Origin: a virus
Lineage: Duplodnaviria; Heunggongvirae; Uroviricota; Caudoviricetes
Direction: 5' to 3' (one strand)
Length of the DNA stretch: 64,000 nt
IMG/VR virus record: IMGVR_UViG_3300029705_000019
In this document: positions 54,555 through 64,000 of the stretch, piece by piece
How positions within the stretch are numbered: the first letter of the stretch is position 1
Layout: every line of letters begins with the position of its first letter
Notes under the pieces: model-generated
The model's input: the letters and a program-made list of their open reading frames with translations, nothing else
Told to the model about the DNA's origin: nothing
The model's database searches: none
Program-made: the position numbers and the translations under genes

Positions 54555-55598
54555 TTACCTCATTACGCATTGCAGCTCATCCTTAATAAGTTCTGATGTT
54601 CCGATAGTTGTTAAAACATAATTCTCAAATTGTTTTAAATGGTCCACACCTTCCATAACAATAGCTTCTGTTGATAATTCAGAAGCAGTATATTCAACAA
54701 TAACACGATATTCAACAATAAGCTCTTTAGGTGCTTTTCCAAGATGTTCTTTTACTTGTTGAACAACACTCTCATTCACTTTGATTGTGATAACAGCATT
54801 TGTTGAAAGTTTACTTAATTTAGTTAAAATCTGATCAAATGTGTCGTTACTACAATCTAACTTATAGAAATTGAACGCATGTGGATTCCTATAAAAATCA
54901 ACATGCAATGTATCAGTGTCGATTAACTGAACACAGTGTTCAAATTTATAAGCATCTTCTGTAAAATTTTGACCAGTCAGGTTACCACCATTAATAATTC
55001 TTTCCGAGACATAACCACAGTGATGAATATGACCATTCAAACAAAGATCACAATTAGATTCAATATCGGATATTGTAAATCCCTCAGTCGATATAAATGG
55101 ACCATACTGAACATCTTTCAAATCATTATGACTAAATAGAATCCTCTTTGTAGTTGGTTTTGGAAAATAGTAGTCTATTGGCTGACGATCTTTCTCAAAT
55201 ATATATGGCAAAAAGCACAGCTCAACATCTGTGCCTTCAAATCTATATGATTCTGGTTTACTGATAACAATTGAGTTTTTACAGAGTGCAAATAGATCAG
55301 CAGTGCTATAGTCAAGGGAACGAACAGTGGTTTCATGATTACCTGTTATAAACATATGTGTAATCGGCGCCCACTGAATCTCTTTTAGAGCACTGACTTC
55401 TTCAGAATTTAACATTGCTGAATCAAAAAAATCACCGCCACAAACAATAGCTCCACAACCACATTGCCAAGCAAGTTGTTCAACCCAGTTAATAGACTGT
55501 ACCAAGTTTTCAAGTCTTATACTATATTTTTCGCCACGACTTCTTACAATTGAAGAATGTTGAGACCAGTGACAATCAGTCATAAACAATAATTTCAT
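54555..55598 (-). CDS. sbcD: SbcD/Mre11-like nuclease (T4 gp47 analog)
   Basis: MKLLFMTDCHW, CGGDFFD and GNHE are the Mre11 phosphoesterase motifs. Confidence 0.8.
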   Translation of the reverse strand: MKLLFMTDCHWSQHSSIVRSRGEKYSIRLENLVQSINWVEQLAWQCGCGAIVCGGDFFDSAMLNSEEVSALKEIQWAPITHMFITGNHETTVRSLDYSTADLFALCKNSIVISKPESYRFEGTDVELCFLPYIFEKDRQPIDYYFPKPTTKRILFSHNDLKDVQYGPFISTEGFTISDIESNCDLCLNGHIHHCGYVSERIINGGNLTGQNFTEDAYKFEHCVQLIDTDTLHVDFYRNPHAFNFYKLDCSNDTFDQILTKLSKLSTNAVITIKVNESVVQQVKEHLGKAPKELIVEYRVIVEYTASELSTEAIVMEGVDHLKQFENYVLTTIGTSELIKDELQCVMR

Positions 55599-55601
55599 AT
55601 C

Positions 55602-56546
55602 TTACACACTCAAAATTTTAATAATCATGTAATCAATTACATATTCAGTCAAAAGTTCACCCATTTTAATCTTACGGTCAATATCTAACAACATTTGATA
55701 AATGGCTAAAAGTTGTTCCGCTGAAAAGACCTTTGGAATCTTTTTAATGGCGTACAGCTGTCTTGCCTCAAGCCCTGTTGTTTCAGGAGTCGGATTTGAA
55801 TTCAACTGAACCATTATTAGGTTTCTAAAATTCTTTACCAATATTGTTAACAAACCAAATTCATTAACATCAACACGTTCAATTTCACGATAAACAGATC
55901 TTAAACTGTTAATGTCTTTTGATGTTAGTGCGTTTGTAATATTGAAAATATTATAAGAACTGAGATCATCAACAGCTCCATCAGCTATCATATCACTGTA
56001 CAGATATCTTTGTTCATCTTTTCCGAAAAGAAGTATTTTATCGAGTTCTTGTTGAAGTCGATGATAGTTTGTTCCACACAGAGACATTAAGTTATCAAGT
56101 TCTTTATGCTCCACACCCTCAATAATTGAATAGACGTAGTCTTTCACTTGCCACTGCTCAAGTTTTGGAACTGTGACAATGTATTTTTCAAACATTTTTT
56201 CAAGTGTCTTGTCCGCGAATTTTGTCACGACAATGCACAACTTTGTTAAACGGGCGATATGAGGTTCCCCCCATATAAATACCTCTGATTTAATTACATT
56301 GAAGTTAGTGCAAGAATCATCCACATCTGTGGAGAATATTGAGGTAGAATCATTAAGTAAGTCAAGCGGACTATCGATATAAGTAATTTCTGTATTTCTT
56401 ATCTTAGCAATAGCATTGATGTACTGATTAGAAATAAATCCACCCTCTGAATCCTTGAAGATAATCAGTTCATCTGTTACATTACCTGATTCAATCTGTT
56501 GTTTCAAATCTTGAATTGTCATGATGACCTCCGTACTAAACTCCAC
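55602..56546 (-). CDS. hypothetical protein (possible clamp-loader delta-like subunit by position)
   Basis: 314 aa. Immediately upstream of SbcD and downstream of two AAA+ clamp-loader-like genes. No motif. Confidence 0.3.
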   Translation of the reverse strand: MEFSTEVIMTIQDLKQQIESGNVTDELIIFKDSEGGFISNQYINAIAKIRNTEITYIDSPLDLLNDSTSIFSTDVDDSCTNFNVIKSEVFIWGEPHIARLTKLCIVVTKFADKTLEKMFEKYIVTVPKLEQWQVKDYVYSIIEGVEHKELDNLMSLCGTNYHRLQQELDKILLFGKDEQRYLYSDMIADGAVDDLSSYNIFNITNALTSKDINSLRSVYREIERVDVNEFGLLTILVKNFRNLIMVQLNSNPTPETTGLEARQLYAIKKIPKVFSAEQLLAIYQMLLDIDRKIKMGELLTEYVIDYMIIKILSV

Positions 56547-57316
56547 AAACTAATCAGATAATTTTCAAACAGATATTTCTGATCAAGATTTTTGATGGTT
56601 AAATTTCTTTTTAGTTCGGCTGTTAAAGAGTACATCGGAACATAAATTGAATTCTGAATGGCTGACCATTTCATATGAATTCTTGAAATAAGAATATCAA
56701 CAAACAATTGAATGTTAACTTTGTTTTCTTCTGACTCTTTATATGAAACTTTATTACTTAATGTTAGTGTATTCGAGACACTTGCAATATTAATTTTATC
56801 AACAATCTTATCAGCAAGTTGAACTGCTTCATCAAAATTAATATTCATCAACTCAACAACCTGACCTGGGGTTTCTGCAATCTGTAAAACATCATTATTT
56901 CCATTTGTAATAAATGTTGATAAAAATTCACGATTATAATTCTGTAAATACCATATCTGACAACGATTTATAACAGTTTGCAAAATTCCAATATCAGTTT
57001 CGGCGACAAGAACTATGAATGAATTTTTTAGAGGTTCTTCAAGAAACTTCAAAATAACATTTTCTTCTTTTACATTCAATGCATTTGCATTGATAATATA
57101 CAGATAAGGTTCTACTCGAGTTGAAATCTCATCAATAGTTTCTTGAGATAATTCTTCAGTAATGTCTCGCTGCATAAGATTAAATTTTTCTGCAATATAT
57201 GAACAAATCAGATGTTTACCTCCACCACGAGGACCCACAATCATTAACGTTCTTGGAAATGAATCAAGTGTTGATTTATCAATTCGTTCACATATTTTTT
57301 CCTGACCTCTAATCAT
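56519..57316 (-). CDS. clamp-loader small subunit-like AAA+ protein
   Basis: MIVGPRGGGKHLI is P-loop-like. Adjacent to the DnaX-like gene. Confidence 0.45.
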   Translation of the reverse strand: MIRGQEKICERIDKSTLDSFPRTLMIVGPRGGGKHLICSYIAEKFNLMQRDITEELSQETIDEISTRVEPYLYIINANALNVKEENVILKFLEEPLKNSFIVLVAETDIGILQTVINRCQIWYLQNYNREFLSTFITNGNNDVLQIAETPGQVVELMNINFDEAVQLADKIVDKINIASVSNTLTLSNKVSYKESEENKVNIQLFVDILISRIHMKWSAIQNSIYVPMYSLTAELKRNLTIKNLDQKYLFENYLISLWSLVRRSS

Positions 57317-58336
57317 TTACATACACCTTGTAATTTGCAACATCATGATTTCAATTGTTGATCTTGGGCTATTATCATTTTTCAACATATTTTTTAACAT
57401 CAATAACTTATCCAAAACATAGTTATAATATTTCGGAGCATTATCGAAGTTTGTTGAGGATTGCAATAAATTTTCCATGCTTGTTGGAATTCTTGTTACA
57501 TCAGTTGTCCTGAATAAAGCATACTTTGTAACATCCATACAGAAGTTCAAGAACTGATCTACAAATAATTTAAGGTCATTACCATCATCGTAAAACTTTG
57601 AAATAATTTCAAGAACAGATGCTTCATCTCCATCAATCATATTGTTGATCAACTTAAAGAAGATTTCGTATGAATAATTACCAAGACTTTCAAGAACATT
57701 GTTAATGTTTAGATCAGTACTGTAACTTGCACACTTCTCAAGATATGCGATAGCGGCTCTCATCCCACCTTCGCTAATTTTTGCAAGATAGTCAATAGAT
57801 TCATTATAATTTGTGAAACCTTCTTGTCTACAAATATATGCAAGTCTATCTTTAATTACATCAGTTGGAATTCGATTAAATGTGTACCTCTGTACTCTGT
57901 TTTTAATTGTTTCCGGAATCTTTTGAGGATCTGTTGTACAAAAAATAAAAATAGTATACTTCGGTGGTTCTTCAATACATTTAAGAAATGCCTGCCAAGC
58001 CTGTGAAGTTAGTGCATGACATTCATCAATGATATAGATTTTATATTTACTATCAATGCTTCTTTCCTGTGCAGCTCGAATAATATTCTTTACATTCTCA
58101 ACACCATTATTAGAAGCACCATCAATTTCAATTGGAGTTCCAACACCCTTATTAATCATATTTGCAAAGATACGAGCACATGTGGTTTTACCGCAGCCAC
58201 TTGACCCACAGAATAACAATGCATTCTTAAATTCTTCCTTGTCAATCTGTCTTTGAAGAATCTTCACAATTGAACTTTGACTACAAACCTCTGAAAAAGT
58301 TTGAGGCCTATATTTCGAGGCCAACGCTTCAGCCAT
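57317..58336 (-). CDS. dnaX: DNA polymerase III gamma/tau-like clamp-loader ATPase
   Basis: KYRPQTFSEV...LLFCGSSGCGKTTCARI is the DnaX N-terminus with Walker A. DEAH-like IIDECHALT. SRC-like motif. Confidence 0.75.
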   Translation of the reverse strand: MAEALASKYRPQTFSEVCSQSSIVKILQRQIDKEEFKNALLFCGSSGCGKTTCARIFANMINKGVGTPIEIDGASNNGVENVKNIIRAAQERSIDSKYKIYIIDECHALTSQAWQAFLKCIEEPPKYTIFIFCTTDPQKIPETIKNRVQRYTFNRIPTDVIKDRLAYICRQEGFTNYNESIDYLAKISEGGMRAAIAYLEKCASYSTDLNINNVLESLGNYSYEIFFKLINNMIDGDEASVLEIISKFYDDGNDLKLFVDQFLNFCMDVTKYALFRTTDVTRIPTSMENLLQSSTNFDNAPKYYNYVLDKLLMLKNMLKNDNSPRSTIEIMMLQITRCM

Positions 58337-58350
58337 ACATTTTCACCTCT

Positions 58351-58725
58351 TTATAATTCAGCTATTAATTTGATACCCTTTTGAGGTACCCAGCCTTCCC
58401 ACATTTCATTAGTTGACTGTTTTGTTACAGGGTCATATACACACCCGATAAACCTTACCATCTTACCCATAATGTTTGTAATCTGTGCATTATAGAAAGA
58501 TGCAGTTGGAATACGACCATTATTCCAATTATCCGCAAGGGTGAAATCAGCTGGTGGATTTGTTATGTATGACGCTAATTCAATCAGATAACATTTATTT
58601 ACTTGATATGGAGTAACAGTCATTTCGGATCCTTGCGGAATAGCTAAATGAGTTGTAGTATCATCAAACTCTGGAATATTTGCAACTCTACATTTTTCAA
58701 GTTGAGCTTTGATAATTGGATTCAT
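58351..58725 (-). CDS. hypothetical protein
   Basis: 124-aa ORF. Confidence 0.45.
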   Translation of the reverse strand: MNPIIKAQLEKCRVANIPEFDDTTTHLAIPQGSEMTVTPYQVNKCYLIELASYITNPPADFTLADNWNNGRIPTASFYNAQITNIMGKMVRFIGCVYDPVTKQSTNEMWEGWVPQKGIKLIAEL

Positions 58726-59364
58726 TTATGATTCCTTCACATACGTTGAAATCATATCAGCCACGTGCAATAAACAAGCAAGATGATATCTGCTATAGAT
58801 TCCTGTTGTGTTTAACTTGGGATTGTCATAAACAGAATGATGATTGAGTATTGCACAATGCTCTTCAGTACTAAGAGGAATGAATGTCTCAGTCATGTAA
58901 ACAGAGTTTTCACCATGAGTACCCATAATGAAAATATCCTTGTCCTCTTTGTACTTCCAACCCGGCACACTTACCCAATCAAATTTACCCATCTCATCAA
59001 ACTTTGATCCTGTAGGAGAATAAACTTTCTGATTACGGAAATAAACTTCATACTTATTCATCTTATCAAAGTCATGAAACAATGATACAATTCGGATTGT
59101 ATCTTCAGTTGGCCTTGTTTCTTCAGTGTAAAAATCATTTACAAGTTTTGTAAGAGTATCATATACATTCAATGAGTGAGCACAAAGACCTCCACGAACA
59201 GCAAGATGATACACAGTACTTGCAGGTGCTTCAAAGAAATCAGACCCTGTTAACTGTGCAACAAGTCTATTCATATCAACGCCATCTCTTGTAATTCCAT
59301 TTACAAGTTCCAAAAATCGCTGCTTATTAGTTTCAATTTCAACATCAGTAAATTCAATCGACAT
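58726..59364 (-). CDS. HD-domain phosphohydrolase-like protein
   Basis: H...HD...D pattern (CAHSLNV ... LFHDFDK). Confidence 0.45.
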   Translation of the reverse strand: MSIEFTDVEIETNKQRFLELVNGITRDGVDMNRLVAQLTGSDFFEAPASTVYHLAVRGGLCAHSLNVYDTLTKLVNDFYTEETRPTEDTIRIVSLFHDFDKMNKYEVYFRNQKVYSPTGSKFDEMGKFDWVSVPGWKYKEDKDIFIMGTHGENSVYMTETFIPLSTEEHCAILNHHSVYDNPKLNTTGIYSRYHLACLLHVADMISTYVKES

Positions 59365-59429
59365 AATTCTTCTCCAAATATAAAAATAGAAAGAGGTACT
59401 TCACAAGTTGCAAAGTACCTCTAGTTCAA

Positions 59430-59780
59430 TTACTGCAATTTACCACTTGCGATTAGTTCACGCTTATATGCAACTCGTTCTGCAGTTCTTGTTGCATAAT
59501 CAATACTATCAGGATGATATGTAACACTTGCAATCTTCATTGCCCTAAAATCTTTGTCCACATGATATCGAATTGTCTGAGGCTTTACCTGAAACTTTTT
59601 TGCAAGAAATTCAATTGTTTTACCCTTTTGATACATCTTGCTAATCTTTTCAATCTGAGCATCAGTCAATTTTCTTCTTCGATCAAACTGCGTACCATTA
59701 ATCTTGAACATCTTATCGATTTCAGCGTCACTAAATTGAGTATGATCGATCGGTGCAGGAGAACGTTTGAACAACTTCAT
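59430..59780 (-). CDS. putative helix-turn-helix DNA-binding protein
   Basis: KGKTIEFLAKKFQVKPQTIRYHV resembles an HTH. Confidence 0.4.
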   Translation of the reverse strand: MKLFKRSPAPIDHTQFSDAEIDKMFKINGTQFDRRRKLTDAQIEKISKMYQKGKTIEFLAKKFQVKPQTIRYHVDKDFRAMKIASVTYHPDSIDYATRTAERVAYKRELIASGKLQ

Positions 59781-59841
59781 ATGTGGTAAACCACCCTTTC
59801 TTTTTACTACACTTATATTATATATGAAGTTAATTGTTTAT

Positions 59842-60309
59842 TCAACTTAATTTCTTCATAAATGATGTAAAAGACGCTGGTGTAATTTCAAGATTTGTTG
59901 CAAGCTTCTTAATTTCATTATATTGATCATCTGTTAAATAACAAAAAATATTGTAGTTCTTGTCAACATATGTCTCAAAATTATTATATGAAATATGTTC
60001 ATTACGAACATCACACTGGTATTCATAATCCATATAGTTGTAAGTACAAATCTGAGCTTTGAATGCGGAAGATAATTTAGTGAACTCCTCAGGATCCACT
60101 GAAATCAATATAAACATTTTGCCAAAACAGTAAGGATCTTTCATTGAAATAATTGCCTTGCCGCCATGTTCAATTAGATCACCAACAGTTGTTATCTCTT
60201 GAGACAAACATTCATCTTTCATCTTAACTAATTTTTTAACACGATCTTCAAGCTCAATAATTTGAGCCCTTGCGTCAGCAATTTCCTTATCGTAATCAGC
60301 TCTTTTCAT
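59842..60309 (-). CDS. hypothetical protein
   Basis: 155-aa ORF. Confidence 0.45.
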   Translation of the reverse strand: MKRADYDKEIADARAQIIELEDRVKKLVKMKDECLSQEITTVGDLIEHGGKAIISMKDPYCFGKMFILISVDPEEFTKLSSAFKAQICTYNYMDYEYQCDVRNEHISYNNFETYVDKNYNIFCYLTDDQYNEIKKLATNLEITPASFTSFMKKLS

Positions 60310-60907
60310 ATTTCATCTCTCCAAGCGTTTCTTTAATCAACTTAAGAATATGTTCGTATGTCTTGCGTGTTTTATCACTCAACAACATGTTTGACTTTTT
60401 CTTTTCATACCAATCAAAAACTTCATATAGATTATTTGACTTCCAAGAAAAGCTCCAATGATCGCATATCATTTCAATAATAAATGCATATGGCATATCA
60501 AGAGCTTTAGTCCCGTCATCATCATTAACAAGAACCCAGTGCTGCCAATGATGTGGATTTGCATGAATATGAGCTAGCCACGCCTTATCGAATGTGGTTT
60601 CAACCTCAGGTGTCTTTTCTCCGTAGAAATAATCGGCATAAGCATCGTATTCCATTTTTAATTCATAATAATTATCAGCATCCGGTAACTTTGTATACTT
60701 ACTCTTGTCATGATTTGCAATGATGTCATCAAGCTCACCATAATATGCTGTTTCTTCAATAAAATTATCAGAATCAAGCACAGCGGGAATATTTTCTTGC
60801 AACCATTGGTAAGCCTTCTGAACATTACCAATATGCTCTGTTAAGTATCTTTCATACTGTTCATTTTCTTCAACAGCCTCAAGTAAATCTTTATATTCAA
60901 TCAACAT
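60296..60907 (-). CDS. hypothetical protein
   Basis: 203-aa ORF. His-rich HIHANPHHWQHW. Confidence 0.45.
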   Translation of the reverse strand: MLIEYKDLLEAVEENEQYERYLTEHIGNVQKAYQWLQENIPAVLDSDNFIEETAYYGELDDIIANHDKSKYTKLPDADNYYELKMEYDAYADYFYGEKTPEVETTFDKAWLAHIHANPHHWQHWVLVNDDDGTKALDMPYAFIIEMICDHWSFSWKSNNLYEVFDWYEKKKSNMLLSDKTRKTYEHILKLIKETLGEMKYEKS

Positions 60908-60910
60908 GTA

Positions 60911-61282
60911 TTATTCCTCATTTAGCATATTCACTAATGTTTCAAACAATGATTCATCAATGATATAATAGTTTGGCTCATCAGGTCCAAAGTTAAATCC
61001 AAGTGCATTATATTCTTTTCCCATGAATAGCATCTCTTTAAGATTTTTCTCAAGCCACTCTTTTTGTATTGTTATTGATTTAGATGGAGTTGTCTTGGTT
61101 TTCATTTCCAACAAGAATTTATCAAGATAGACGTCACCCTTTTCAAATATAGTAGCTCCGCTATTTTTTGCGCGTTGCCCACCAAATTTTTTTGCAACGG
61201 CATCTTCTTGTTTTTTTGAAAAATACCTGGTGGGCTGTTTTTCTCCATCTTTTTCTCTATGAGCAATATTTAGTAAACTCAT
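60911..61282 (-). CDS. hypothetical protein
   Basis: 123-aa ORF. Confidence 0.45.
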   Translation of the reverse strand: MSLLNIAHREKDGEKQPTRYFSKKQEDAVAKKFGGQRAKNSGATIFEKGDVYLDKFLLEMKTKTTPSKSITIQKEWLEKNLKEMLFMGKEYNALGFNFGPDEPNYYIIDESLFETLVNMLNEE

Positions 61283-62448
61283 TTGTTTTCAGGTACCACA
61301 GCTCTTTGAAGAGTTGCTTCAACAGCATCTTCTTGATCTTTTATTTCAACTTGCTCACGAGCATCAAGAACGTTACCATAAGAATTATCATTTGCAGAGA
61401 TATACTTATTCAACATTGCAATGTAATGAGTTTGGAATTCAATATTTGTTTTGATGTACTCTTCAAGATCTTTTCTTTTACCTGTAAGCTCTCTACCATT
61501 CTCATCAACATAAACTTCACCAGTTTCAAGATTAATCAACTGGTAAGTAATATTGTTTACACGATGAATGAAATCAAACTTATATGCAATTTCAAGAAGA
61601 TCTTCAAGCCACATCAGACCTCTGTCGTAATTAAATGAAATAAATCCTCCTCCACGAGCAATAGGTCCACATTTATTCTTTGTTATTGCAAACTTAAGTC
61701 GGAACCCTTCTGCACCTTCACCATCAGAAAGATCAACTCTGTCACCTTTAATAAATGTACGAGAACCAAATCTAACTTTTACAGAAGAATAATACTGAGG
61801 ACCTTGTCCTCCAGGTTCTGAATAGATTGGAGCTCCGGTAAACGTTGTACCTGCAACACGAACCTGATTTACCATAATAAAGATATTATTCTGTTGATTA
61901 ACAAGGCTGCTCATCGCAATCAAGAATCTATGCAGAGGCTTTGCAATAGTTCCACGCATACCAGGGTCTTTGGTCATATCTTTCTCTATTGATTCAGCAG
62001 GTAAGAGTGCTGGAATAGAATCAAGAACAATCATTCCAATATCTTCACTCTTTTGGAATTCTAGAATTGCATCCAGAACCTGCTCACCAGTAAGAGTTGT
62101 AGGATTGAAGTAGATCATTCGTTCAGGATCTAGACCTGTCATTCTTGACTGAAATTTAATATCGAGAGAATGTTCAAGGTCACAATACACACAAAGTTTA
62201 TCCGGAAATTTTCTTTGATATGCAGCCATTGCTACACAAGCTGCACTTGTCTTACCACTATGGAATAGACCTGCAAAGGTCATAATTCTTCCAAGAGGTA
62301 ATCCGCCATAAAGAGGATAATCAAGCCCAAACGCACCAGTCGCCATTCGTTCGTATGTTGGCGTGATATCAGCTTTGATAGCAAGTTTATCGTCCTTGTA
62401 CTCACGGTTCATTTTCTTTGCTGTTTCAAGTACTGAAGCCATAATCAA
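61279..62448 (-). CDS. RecA-family recombinase (RecA/UvsX/Sak4-like)
   Basis: GGLPLGRIMTFAGLFHSGKTS is a RecA-type Walker A context. 389 aa. Confidence 0.65.
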   Translation of the reverse strand: MIMASVLETAKKMNREYKDDKLAIKADITPTYERMATGAFGLDYPLYGGLPLGRIMTFAGLFHSGKTSAACVAMAAYQRKFPDKLCVYCDLEHSLDIKFQSRMTGLDPERMIYFNPTTLTGEQVLDAILEFQKSEDIGMIVLDSIPALLPAESIEKDMTKDPGMRGTIAKPLHRFLIAMSSLVNQQNNIFIMVNQVRVAGTTFTGAPIYSEPGGQGPQYYSSVKVRFGSRTFIKGDRVDLSDGEGAEGFRLKFAITKNKCGPIARGGGFISFNYDRGLMWLEDLLEIAYKFDFIHRVNNITYQLINLETGEVYVDENGRELTGKRKDLEEYIKTNIEFQTHYIAMLNKYISANDNSYGNVLDAREQVEIKDQEDAVEATLQRAVVPENK

Positions 62449-62453
62449 TTACC

Positions 62454-62945
62454 TCACTCTGAAATACCATCAACATTTGACAACTTAGCTTCCTGCATGC
62501 GTGACATAAGTACAGATTGAAGGGCAGCCACAATCCTGTGAATTTCATCGAGCTTAGTCTTAAACAATGAAGACACAAGTGTGTAAATCTCTTCTGCAAG
62601 AATTTCTGCTGATGTATTCAAAATTGCATTATTTTCTCGAACTGCAACAGTACCCTCGGCTGCATTAAAATTAGTCGCATACGCTTCTTTTCTCAATGTC
62701 TCACCAAGGGTGGCTTTGAATATTGACTTCTCTTTAATTTCACTAAAAGAGTATGATCTTAAAGACAGCTTCAACATGAGCTGTCTAATAGCTTCGTTTG
62801 ACAATAGCTCAACATCGTTATAAGCAGATTCCATCATTGCATCAAGGTCACCAACAACTTCTTTCATGATATCATTAGCAACTACAACAAGTTCATCGTA
62901 TGTCATATCAATGTTATCGAGAGCTGCAGAAACATTTTGTTTCAT
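62454..62945 (-). CDS. hypothetical protein
   Basis: 163-aa ORF. Confidence 0.45.
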   Translation of the reverse strand: MKQNVSAALDNIDMTYDELVVVANDIMKEVVGDLDAMMESAYNDVELLSNEAIRQLMLKLSLRSYSFSEIKEKSIFKATLGETLRKEAYATNFNAAEGTVAVRENNAILNTSAEILAEEIYTLVSSLFKTKLDEIHRIVAALQSVLMSRMQEAKLSNVDGISE

Positions 62946-62957
62946 TATTTGATCTCC

Positions 62958-63431
62958 TTACCAACCTTCAGGTAAGCTCTTTAATATACTGTAATCAGAA
63001 TCCATGAAAACTCTTTTCTTTTTTGACGGAATATCTATGTACTCATATTCTTCATTTTCAATGGTTCTTATATTAACAGACTTCTTACCATCTTGTTTCA
63101 TTTTTTCAATACTTTTCAACGGTACATATAGTACTTTATCCTTCTCGTGAAACCATATTACAACACCCATTCTTACACCCTGAGTAGCTGTATATTGTTT
63201 CATTTTATCGTACTGAGTAAAATTTGTAATCGGAAATGTATTACCTGCAATTGATTTAACTTCAAGTACATAGAATAACGGGTAGATGTAACATAAGAAA
63301 TCACTTATATTAGAACTAGCTCCACGAAATCCACTTAGCTGATCAGGCAGCCTATAGACAAAGCTGCCTGATAGCTTACTGAAGTCTTCCTTGAATTTTT
63401 GTTCAAATGCCTTGCCGTATGATTTGGACAT
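62958..63431 (-). CDS. putative PD-(D/E)xK nuclease-fold protein
   Basis: D...EVK pattern (DFLCYIYPLFYVLEVKS). Weak. Confidence 0.3.
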   Translation of the reverse strand: MSKSYGKAFEQKFKEDFSKLSGSFVYRLPDQLSGFRGASSNISDFLCYIYPLFYVLEVKSIAGNTFPITNFTQYDKMKQYTATQGVRMGVVIWFHEKDKVLYVPLKSIEKMKQDGKKSVNIRTIENEEYEYIDIPSKKKRVFMDSDYSILKSLPEGW

Positions 63432-63973
63432 CAGTCAATTCTACATTCCGGAATTACATTCTTAATATTTCCACGAGCCAGAACAATTGCCTGACTATCG
63501 CCGAAATGAAGAGTTACAAACTGTTCAGTACAATTTTCCAGTGTGCCCTTAAGGTCATTCAGGTCAATTAGAGCTGCGTATGCATCATCAATATCACACT
63601 GAGTGTTTGCATAGTAAATGTCTTCTTTATTTTCTTTCTTTGTATCATAAATGATAACACGATCATTCTTGAATTCAAACATGCTAATAGGTTTGATTAC
63701 ATCCTTTGCACTATTAGCAGAACTAAAGAGAAGAAGTCTTCCAATAGTCTGAATTAGCTGTTCTCTATTAACATTAATGGAATAAGGATAATCCGCATTT
63801 GCACGACCTCGTACACCATTTACAGGGAACTGTCTAAGCATACTGTCATCACAGGAAAGAATGGCTGTAATACAGATATCTGATGTTTCAAATCTTACCT
63901 TGGTCTGAATAATATCGTTACTCAGAGAATCATAACCAAGAGTGAATGCAACCTGCTGAGCACCCTTGAACAA
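63431..63973 (-). CDS. hypothetical protein
   Basis: 180-aa ORF near the window edge. Confidence 0.45.
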   Translation of the reverse strand: MFKGAQQVAFTLGYDSLSNDIIQTKVRFETSDICITAILSCDDSMLRQFPVNGVRGRANADYPYSINVNREQLIQTIGRLLLFSSANSAKDVIKPISMFEFKNDRVIIYDTKKENKEDIYYANTQCDIDDAYAALIDLNDLKGTLENCTEQFVTLHFGDSQAIVLARGNIKNVIPECRID

Positions 63974-64000
63974 CTTAAAGAGTTTTACAAGACGATCATT

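Noticed and set aside
6654-64000. All plus-strand ORFs in the ORF track (e.g. 6654-6998, 21956-22468, 22754-23338, 31653-32087, 33128-33508, 44526-44918, 61168-61638)
   Set aside because: They are antisense to long minus-strand genes and Ile/Phe/Leu/Asn-rich, as expected from reading AT-rich antisense. They lack RBSs. The complete absence of plus-strand promoters or terminators argues against them.
1-64000. CRISPR arrays, integrases/transposases, attachment-site repeats
   Set aside because: No direct-repeat/spacer periodicity, no tyrosine/serine recombinase or transposase motifs, and no long direct repeats were seen. The window looks like a virulent phage replication-phase genome segment, not an integrated island.

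Overview
This window reads as a contiguous stretch of a large, AT-rich virulent phage genome from a low-GC, probably anaerobic host. Every supportable gene lies on the minus strand and genes are tightly packed, with many start/stop overlaps. From left to right the window contains: (1) a tRNA cluster at 0.2-5.7 kb plus two more tRNAs at ~9.9-10.2 kb, with at least 8 canonical tRNAs, several atypical tRNA-like elements and long non-coding stretches. (2) An 'early-like' region from ~0.4 to ~45.7 kb, punctuated by 22 copies of a near-identical consensus sigma70-type promoter (TTGAT[CT]A-N17-TATAAT on the minus strand), often next to bidirectional hairpin terminators. It encodes many small hypothetical and zinc-ribbon proteins; a six-member tandem paralog family with an invariant N-terminal motif; nucleotide metabolism genes (dNMP kinase, ThyX, NrdD/NrdG/NrdH-like); ribosomal protein bS21; and a dispersed tRNA/RNA end-repair toolkit (Thg1-like enzyme, polynucleotide kinase fused to an HD domain, a Pol-beta nucleotidyltransferase, an Rnl2-like RNA ligase, metallophosphoesterases). 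It also encodes an NAD-dependent DNA ligase, a DHH/RecJ-like protein, an SPFH-domain lipoprotein with a small membrane partner, a SprT-like protease and two HNH endonucleases. (3) A replication/recombination block from ~46 to 64 kb without the promoter motif: an SSB-like protein, peptide deformylase, SbcC/SbcD, DnaX-like clamp-loader subunits, HD hydrolase and a RecA-like recombinase. Functional calls come from motifs I could read directly in the translations. Most small ORFs are unrecognisable and are called hypothetical.
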